A stretch of 64,000 bases of DNA from the NCBI GenBank assembly GCA_963704655.1, contig OY969927.1, forward strand, positions 292,222 through 356,221, given 5' to 3'. Below, in pieces: positions 59,801-64,000 of this stretch; position 1 is the stretch's first letter; each line of letters begins with the position of its first letter. The stretch is from an uncultured Candidatus Babeliaceae bacterium (GTDB taxonomy: Bacteria; Babelota; Babeliae; Babelales; Babelaceae). The notes under the pieces were generated by a model, which saw nothing but the letters and a program-made list of their open reading frames with translations, was not told the origin of the DNA and did not search any database. The position numbers and the translations under genes are program-made.

Positions 59801-62281
59801 ACCTTAACTACCAATTGGTTAACTATTCAAAATAGTCCAGTTTTCTCAACAGATGGCGCCAATAAAGCTTATGTCGATGGGGTTGCTCAGGGATTACATG
59901 TTGCAGCGCCATGCACTGCACTTGGAGATTCAAATATCAGTTTGCTCTCTGGCGCCATAACTATTGACGGTGTATCACTTGTTGTTGGCAATCGTGTATT
60001 GCTTATTGGGCAAACAAGCTCAGTTGAAAATGGTATTTGGGTTGTACAATCTGGTTCATGGACACGACCAGTAGATTTTGCAACTGGAAATAGTGCGCAA
60101 GCAATTTATGCATTTATACAATCTGGGTCAACATATGGTGACACCGCATATTTTTGTACTACATTAGACCCGAATGCGGTAATTGATACTGACGCACTTA
60201 CCTTTGTGCAGTTCGGTAATGTTCAGGATGTTACAGGTCAAAACTTAGGAAGTGGAGCGTCAGTATTTGCTCAAAAATATGGACAAACGTTACAATTTAA
60301 ATCACTTGATGCAGGGCAAAATATCTTTATATCTTCTTCTGATACCGATATTACGATAGATCTTCCATCTGCATTAAATATCTCTGGTAAAATAACTGCC
60401 GGCACTGATATTAAGGGCGCAAGTATTAGTGATGGTATTGCGCTATTAACCAGTGGTAATTTGAATCTAAATAATCTTATTTCAACGGCTACGGTTACAA
60501 GTTCTGATGGATCGGCTGCGTATCCAAGTTTTAATTTTGCATCATCGCCACAGACAGGAATTTCTGCACAGACGCCTGACACATTAGTATTATCAACAGC
60601 GGGAGTTAACAACTTGCAAATTAATTCTTCAGGAATTATTCAAATTCCCGCGTTTACATCACCAGGAATTGTGCATAACGATGCTTCAGGAAATCTTTCT
60701 TCGTCATTAATAACCAGTGCCGATATATCAGCAACTGCCGGTATAGCAGATACGCAACTTGGTATTATTCATACTGCGGGTAAAGTTGCTAATAGCGCTA
60801 CAACAGCAACAAATAATAATAATCAAAATACTATTGTCATGCGCGACATGAATGGTAACTTTTCTGCAGGCGCGGTGAGCGCCTCTTTGCAAGCACCGAG
60901 TGGTTCAGTAACTTCGCCATCGGTGGCTTTTGCAAATTCACTTAATGCAGGCTTATCATCGCCCGTTGCAGGCCAGCTGAGCATAAGTGCAGGTGGTGCA
61001 GAATTATTACAATTGCAAGCGGGTGGAAATATCTATGTTCCTGGTTTTGTTTCAAATAATGGGGTGGTAAAATCAACATCGGGTATATTAAGCTCCGCGC
61101 CGTTATATGATGCGGATATCGCAGTTGGCGCTTCTATACAAGATACAAAATTAGCAACCATACAAAGTGCTAATAAAGTTGCAAATAGCGCAACTTCTGC
61201 AACATCGGCTAATAGTGCTAATACTATTGTCGCACGTGATGGATCTGGTAACTTTGTTGCAAATACAGCAACATTTGTTGCAACAAATAATCATCTTGTA
61301 TTGGGCAGTGGTAATACGGTTACCATTAATGCTGCCACTCCTGCAGTTTCACGTACGTATACAGTTCCAGACACCGGTACATCAACTTCTACGTTTATGA
61401 TGGTTGATGGCGCACAAACTATGAATGGTCCACTTACCTGTAATCAACTTTCTGTGACGCCGGGTAGCTTTACGGTGGGTTCACAAACCGGGGTTGTTAC
61501 GGCAAATAGCGGTCTTTATGGTGCATCGGTTGGAAATGCTGGTCAACGTCTTGCAACATTTGGCAGCACACCAACTGTTGGGTGGTACAAGTCAATTGAG
61601 CCATCACGCGAGTCATTATTCTTTGATGATTTTACTGGCCCGCTGTTTGATACGCAGTGGTATGCTGGCGGATCGATTGGTAGTGTAACAGCACCAAGTG
61701 CTTCTGCAACGGGCATGGAGATTGGCGTTATTCAACTTGGCACGGCTGGCGCACCAGATGGTTCTACGGTAATTAATAAACAACTTAATGGCACTGTGCT
61801 TGGCAATGGAACATGTTATGTTGAATGGCGCGTTGCAGTGCCAACATTATCAACAAGTAATCAGCAGTTTACCTTCAGATGTGGTCTTGGTGATAGCAGT
61901 GTTGGCAACGGTGTTCCGCAGGCAAATCCAACAACGGGTATTTGGTTTGAACATAGCGGTACTAATATTTCACCTACATGGATCATTAATTGTGCATCTG
62001 CAGGAAACACTACTTCCATTCCTACTACGCAGGTTATTGCTCAGGGTGTCTATTATCGATTAGGACTTTTAGTAGATGCTGCTGCTGATTCGGTATCATA
62101 CTATATTAATGACGTGCTTGTTGGGGTTAGTTCTGGAACGAATCCAATTACTACAAATATTCCGACTACGGTACAACCTGTTGGTTTATTTGCGCATCTT
62201 ATTAAATCATCAGGAACAACGGCGCGTACGGCAAACTTGGATTATGCAATGTACCAGTATGTTTATACGAGCCAACGATAG
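56816..62281 (+). CDS. fibre/tailspike-like protein (1821 aa): signal peptide, right-handed beta-helix-like region, tail-fibre repeats, shared C-terminal head domain
   Basis: The ATG at 56816 overlaps the upstream TGA by 1 nt. The N-terminus is MKRKMLFFYTIFLTLSALTTLNA. LYVAVNGNDSTGNGSLTAPFASLKRALAVA is a DUF1565/pectate-lyase-type start. Fibre repeats are GKVANSATTATNNNNQNTIVMRDMNGNFSAG and NKVANSATSATSANSANTIVARDGSGNFVAN. The protein ends LDYAMYQYVYTSQR. Confidence 0.88.
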   Translation: MKRKMLFFYTIFLTLSALTTLNAVQDKVVLVDNNTLSQLDMHRWYNENIHQLESVPAQAYVHHKIFKLTHDKDSEYIFIYGNKKFVSRQEAQLDAGDCCLGQLPGATLIADFLVHNQDLFVRNAQKVSHRAGQFIWDRLTPGLPLLLDSNLDVVTQNVDIASQTSGAVAIALGGTNSTSPLQNNCLMESVGGQIVEAPALQNGQIFIGATGMSPSPATISGTASQINITNGPGSITLSTPQNIDLLSTPTFVGIQFQPSGSSNYVTLQAPATVSSTYSVSLPGSAPTAGQVLQATSTSTTQWGNVSDALTLYVAVNGNDSTGNGSLTAPFASLKRALAVANAIASEYTPVKISVGPGIFVEDTSSGPLIINPVSGSGYINIVGTSSQTTLFTSYTPTQTFIYMPANGRLSDLAIFGIYEAPAVCADGTGNNSAFINAVAVGCQQGFLFQGGITTNYYLQGVATESCGVGVLVDDARVLMYNSSFDGALETTIIPANTGVIVTGPAGRMVAESCAFLYCGLCGLVENQGNATFIGGSFISSTSGVQAASQSTCIVNGSTFYSNTATNMIARDLGTTLQSTACNVDGNSLNNLPQGTGLLVTTSAQANIAVASLTNLINGIIIGQDGDDSTTQVLSVGVTIDNCAGSQIIQNGLAQLTYVDGALNRNFITISNPTNVTFNTTDASSGQATIIGQHSDVDQDLILVDTGVAQMPGLVYQSNYMDCKGIIYQNTNPAFSTMLGVQGQNSGATLSAVTASNAQPAKVMLFSNSGAFGGMSNMRGWLLNKNATNAQLAGEFYNNDLDGKPAIDQYTSFQFDGFNNILQFPAVTTTNLPTNTVAQLQWAGDTNLYRAQAGVLQTDNNFAIQGLATANSALYVDGNKQVAASVTSSSDLAQLAGITGGPIQPQLNNKVSKAGDVMTGVLTIPDGTVARPALSFNGFPNTGLAIIGNVFTLMTSGSSRLTVDANGVVGINSSNVSTVLNVGGDVSVVGDLTVTNTLTTNWLTIQNSPVFSTDGANKAYVDGVAQGLHVAAPCTALGDSNISLLSGAITIDGVSLVVGNRVLLIGQTSSVENGIWVVQSGSWTRPVDFATGNSAQAIYAFIQSGSTYGDTAYFCTTLDPNAVIDTDALTFVQFGNVQDVTGQNLGSGASVFAQKYGQTLQFKSLDAGQNIFISSSDTDITIDLPSALNISGKITAGTDIKGASISDGIALLTSGNLNLNNLISTATVTSSDGSAAYPSFNFASSPQTGISAQTPDTLVLSTAGVNNLQINSSGIIQIPAFTSPGIVHNDASGNLSSSLITSADISATAGIADTQLGIIHTAGKVANSATTATNNNNQNTIVMRDMNGNFSAGAVSASLQAPSGSVTSPSVAFANSLNAGLSSPVAGQLSISAGGAELLQLQAGGNIYVPGFVSNNGVVKSTSGILSSAPLYDADIAVGASIQDTKLATIQSANKVANSATSATSANSANTIVARDGSGNFVANTATFVATNNHLVLGSGNTVTINAATPAVSRTYTVPDTGTSTSTFMMVDGAQTMNGPLTCNQLSVTPGSFTVGSQTGVVTANSGLYGASVGNAGQRLATFGSTPTVGWYKSIEPSRESLFFDDFTGPLFDTQWYAGGSIGSVTAPSASATGMEIGVIQLGTAGAPDGSTVINKQLNGTVLGNGTCYVEWRVAVPTLSTSNQQFTFRCGLGDSSVGNGVPQANPTTGIWFEHSGTNISPTWIINCASAGNTTSIPTTQVIAQGVYYRLGLLVDAAADSVSYYINDVLVGVSSGTNPITTNIPTTVQPVGLFAHLIKSSGTTARTANLDYAMYQYVYTSQR
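57740..58860 (+). other. predicted right-handed parallel beta-helix (pectin-lyase-fold) region
   Basis: The entry motif YVAVNGNDSTGNGS..PF.SL..AL is followed by ~350 aa of irregular G/N/T/V-rich ~22-25-aa turns, such as VGCQQGFLFQGG, CGVGVLVDDARV and NTGVIVTGPAG. Boundaries are approximate. Confidence 0.5.
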
Positions 62282-62304
62282 AGATAGTATTAATGCCCCT
62301 TTAA

Positions 62305-62517
62305 TTTGTTGCTACAATTTTAAATCAATGTGGATTTGAAGATGCCTTAGCGATAGAAATGAAAGACGGTAAGATTATTTTGTCAGCTTATAAAAGTAAC
62401 AATGTACGAGAAAATTGGGATAAAGCATTTAAGGCTATGGCTCAAGCAGGAGATGATGAACTTTTAGATTCGGAACTTATGACGTTAGGATCTGATGATA
62501 AGGAATGGACGTGGTAA
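62305..62517 (+). pseudogene. 5'-truncated MazE/AbrB-type antitoxin remnant
   Basis: Hand translation gives FVATILNQCGFEDALAIEMKDGKIILSAYKSNNVRENWDKAFKAMAQAGDDELLDSELMTLGSDDKEWTW*. The tail W-x-KAFK-x-M-x3-GDD-x-LL...EW is typical of MazE-type antitoxins. The ~15-aa GNS-containing N-terminus is missing, with an in-frame TAA at 62302 and no usable start. Confidence 0.6.
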
Positions 62518-62558
62518 AGTGTAAGCAATTTGAAGTTTATCTTGTTAATTTAACGTAA
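62511..62558 (+). pseudogene. MazF/PemK-type toxin remnant (first 15 codons) cut off at the MITE insertion
   Basis: The GTG at 62511 overlaps the antitoxin stop. It reads MVKCKQFEVYLVNLT*. The KxxE/D-(V/I)-(Y/W)-L-V-N-L opening is typical of MazF. The reading frame enters the element at the TTAA (62550). Confidence 0.45.
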
Positions 62559-62819
62559 GTTCGTTGATAAAAAATAGCTGAAATACTATTGTTTCAGAGT
62601 TAAATTGCGAATTATTAAGGTGTCATTCCGGACTTGATTCGGAATCCGCCTAACATGTGTAAAAGTCGAAAATATCACGTTAATTTAATCGATTATATTT
62701 TAGTAGATGGATTCCGGATCCCAGCCTGCGCCAGGGGCTCTGGCGGGCAGGCACGTCCGGAATGACACGGTGGGTTCGAAAAGCTTTTAATTGCAACACA
62801 TTTCATCGAACTTCGTTAA
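62550..62819. mobile_element. MITE-like element (262 bp, 62554-62815) flanked by TTAA, nested with an inner TIR element
   Basis: The ends are CGTAAGTTCGTTGA at left and TCATCGAACTTCG at right. TTAA lies at 62550-62553 and 62816-62819. Same family as 20800-21086. Confidence 0.7.
62620..62768. repeat. 149-bp GC-rich element with perfect 14-bp terminal inverted repeats
   Basis: GTGTCATTCCGGAC (62620-62633) and GTCCGGAATGACAC (62755-62768) are exact reverse complements. The right half matches 9866-9950 in inverted orientation. Confidence 0.85.
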
Positions 62820-62905
62820 AACAAGATCTTCATTAATTTCTTTTATAGTTTTTAATAAGTTTTTTTGTTATTTTTTAAAAGTGGCTAACTATTCTAGGAG
62901 GTTTT

Positions 62906-63460
62906 GTGTCTGTTCCCTTACTTGTGTTTATTGCAAGCCCGTTTATTATTTTTGATTTGCGGTACACGACGCCTGATAACTTTGTTGGAAAAGTTCTTTA
63001 TCCGCCAAATGCACGTGCGTATGCGCGTAAAGAAGTTGCAGCGGCACTTGTTAATGCTGCACAAGAATTGTATGCAAAGCATGGGTATAAGCTCGTGATA
63101 TGGGACGCCTATCGACCACTTTCTGTACAAAAAGAGATGTGGAAAGTTTGTTCAGATGAACGATATGTGGGCAACCCGGCAAAAGGCTCTAATCATAATC
63201 GCGGGTTAGCAATTGACTGTTCTTTGGCCGACAAAGACGGCAACCTATGCGCCATGCCAACTAAGTTTGATGATTTTACTCCCGCAGCTCATCGTGGTGA
63301 TTATAAAAAATGTTCTAAAGATGTTCAAAAACGCATGCATATTTTTGAAGAAGTTATGTATCGACATGGCTTTACCGGTATGCCTACTGAATGGTGGCAC
63401 TTTGATTTTCCGTCACCTGATAGAACTATTCTGGATATCTCTTTTGATGAGCTTGCATGA
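62906..63460 (+). CDS. ddpX: D-alanyl-D-alanine dipeptidase (VanX/DdpX, peptidase M15D)
   Basis: DLRYTTPDNF, IWDAYRP, GSNHNRGLAIDCSL (SxHxxGxAxD) and EWWHFDF are present. AGGAGG (62896-62901) lies 4 nt before the GTG at 62906. Confidence 0.88.
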   Translation: MSVPLLVFIASPFIIFDLRYTTPDNFVGKVLYPPNARAYARKEVAAALVNAAQELYAKHGYKLVIWDAYRPLSVQKEMWKVCSDERYVGNPAKGSNHNRGLAIDCSLADKDGNLCAMPTKFDDFTPAAHRGDYKKCSKDVQKRMHIFEEVMYRHGFTGMPTEWWHFDFPSPDRTILDISFDELA

Positions 63461-64000
63461 AAAATTGTTTATTTAAAAAAATAATTTTCACTTTTTTAAG
63501 TATCGCCAGCTCTACTATCACTGCGCGCTCATGGACAACCACGTATCATTTTACCCCAAAGGTATTCCATGAATATCCAGGCATAATTGTTGTAGAAAAA
63601 AAGGCTCAAGAGCCATTTGCGCAACTTCTTGTTTCTTGGAACGCTGATTTGCCAAGCCATGGGTACTTGCGATTTTATGTAGAAGTTTTTGATGAAAAAA
63701 AACATGAGTGGTTAATATATAAAATGTATGAATGGGGTAACGGTATACAACGTTCATTTGCTGAAAAAAATAAACAGTCTGGTGGTGCGCAGTATACGCA
63801 TGTGCGCTTTGAGGGCGCCCCTGGAAGTTTGTATCATACATTTAAAATAAAAGTTGAATCAGTTGATGGCGCAGAACTTTCTGCTTTACGTCACATAGCG
63901 GTTTGTGCTTGCGATTTGTCTCTTTTTGAAAATGAAACGGTAGGGTTATTGCATGCGACGTATTTTAAAAATAAGTATATGTATCTTGCAGATGTGCCCT
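63457..64000 (+). CDS. hypothetical secreted protein, N-terminal part; ORF continues past window end
   Basis: Hand translation from the ATG at 63457 (ATGA overlap with the ddpX stop) gives MKNCLFKKIIFTFLSIASSTITARSWTTTYHF...YLADVP, open to the window end. It is absent from the ORF track because it has no stop. Confidence 0.6.
   Translation, partial: MKNCLFKKIIFTFLSIASSTITARSWTTTYHFTPKVFHEYPGIIVVEKKAQEPFAQLLVSWNADLPSHGYLRFYVEVFDEKKHEWLIYKMYEWGNGIQRSFAEKNKQSGGAQYTHVRFEGAPGSLYHTFKIKVESVDGAELSALRHIAVCACDLSLFENETVGLLHATYFKNKYMYLADVP

Noticed and set aside
47654-62278. Diversity-generating retroelement targeting the fibre tips
   Set aside because: There is no reverse transcriptase gene and no template-repeat/variable-repeat pair with adenine-specific differences in the window. 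The similarities between tips look like ordinary paralogy.
832-62281. Prophage or phage genome fragment, suggested by the tail-fibre chaperone domains
   Set aside because: No capsid, portal, terminase, tail tube, tape-measure, baseplate, integrase, repressor or lysis genes are visible in 64 kb. The fibre genes are separated by core housekeeping genes (serS, secD, gatCA, recJ and others), and every fibre protein has a Sec-type signal peptide, which virion proteins do not normally have.
61167-62339. Alternative-frame ORFs at the end of the last fibre gene (61167-61400, 61494-61688, 61788-62063, 62076-62339)
   Set aside because: They are nested in the 1821-aa ORF, whose C-terminal domain is conserved in two paralogues, and their translations are low-complexity.

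Overview
AT-rich, gene-dense bacterial chromosomal segment using the standard code. All calls rest on motif recognition by eye, with no database search. Ordinary housekeeping genes are present: tatD, hup, serS, hemW, secD, pgsA, an ATP-dependent DNA ligase, hexulose-6-P synthase, rsmG, a MATE pump, gatCA, a PAP2-like gene, mreC, recJ, a VanX-type dipeptidase, tRNA-Leu(GAG) and tRNA(CAT). Interleaved with them are six signal-peptide-bearing fibre proteins of 1962, 4779, 395, 909, 1869 and 1821 aa, totalling about 35.2 kb or ~55% of the window. The fibres are assembled from one module grammar: N-terminal helical domain, YxLxLP...QVL...LSW motif, LRDSTGSFAAT collar, Cys-paired cap, N-x-A-V/I-G beta-roll repeats, and a YVAGIY...VVVTSSGQLG neck. 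They end in one of two ways. Three end in a phage tail-fibre Peptidase_S74 intramolecular-chaperone domain, and one of those also carries an internal copy. Three end in a shared ~250-aa domain I do not recognise, which looks LamG/ConA-like. No other phage genes and no autotransporter anchor are present. The fibre genes contain large near-identical tandem duplications and share inverted homology blocks with each other. Intergenic DNA is colonised by a GC-rich hairpin repeat family (termini GTGTCAY..., core CCCTGAGCGTGTCTCAGGG) and by a nested MITE-like element with TTAA flanks. It also holds a truncated GIY-YIG gene and a decayed mazEF pair. The gene content and repeat load suggest a reduced, host-associated bacterium, but the lineage cannot be determined from the sequence alone.
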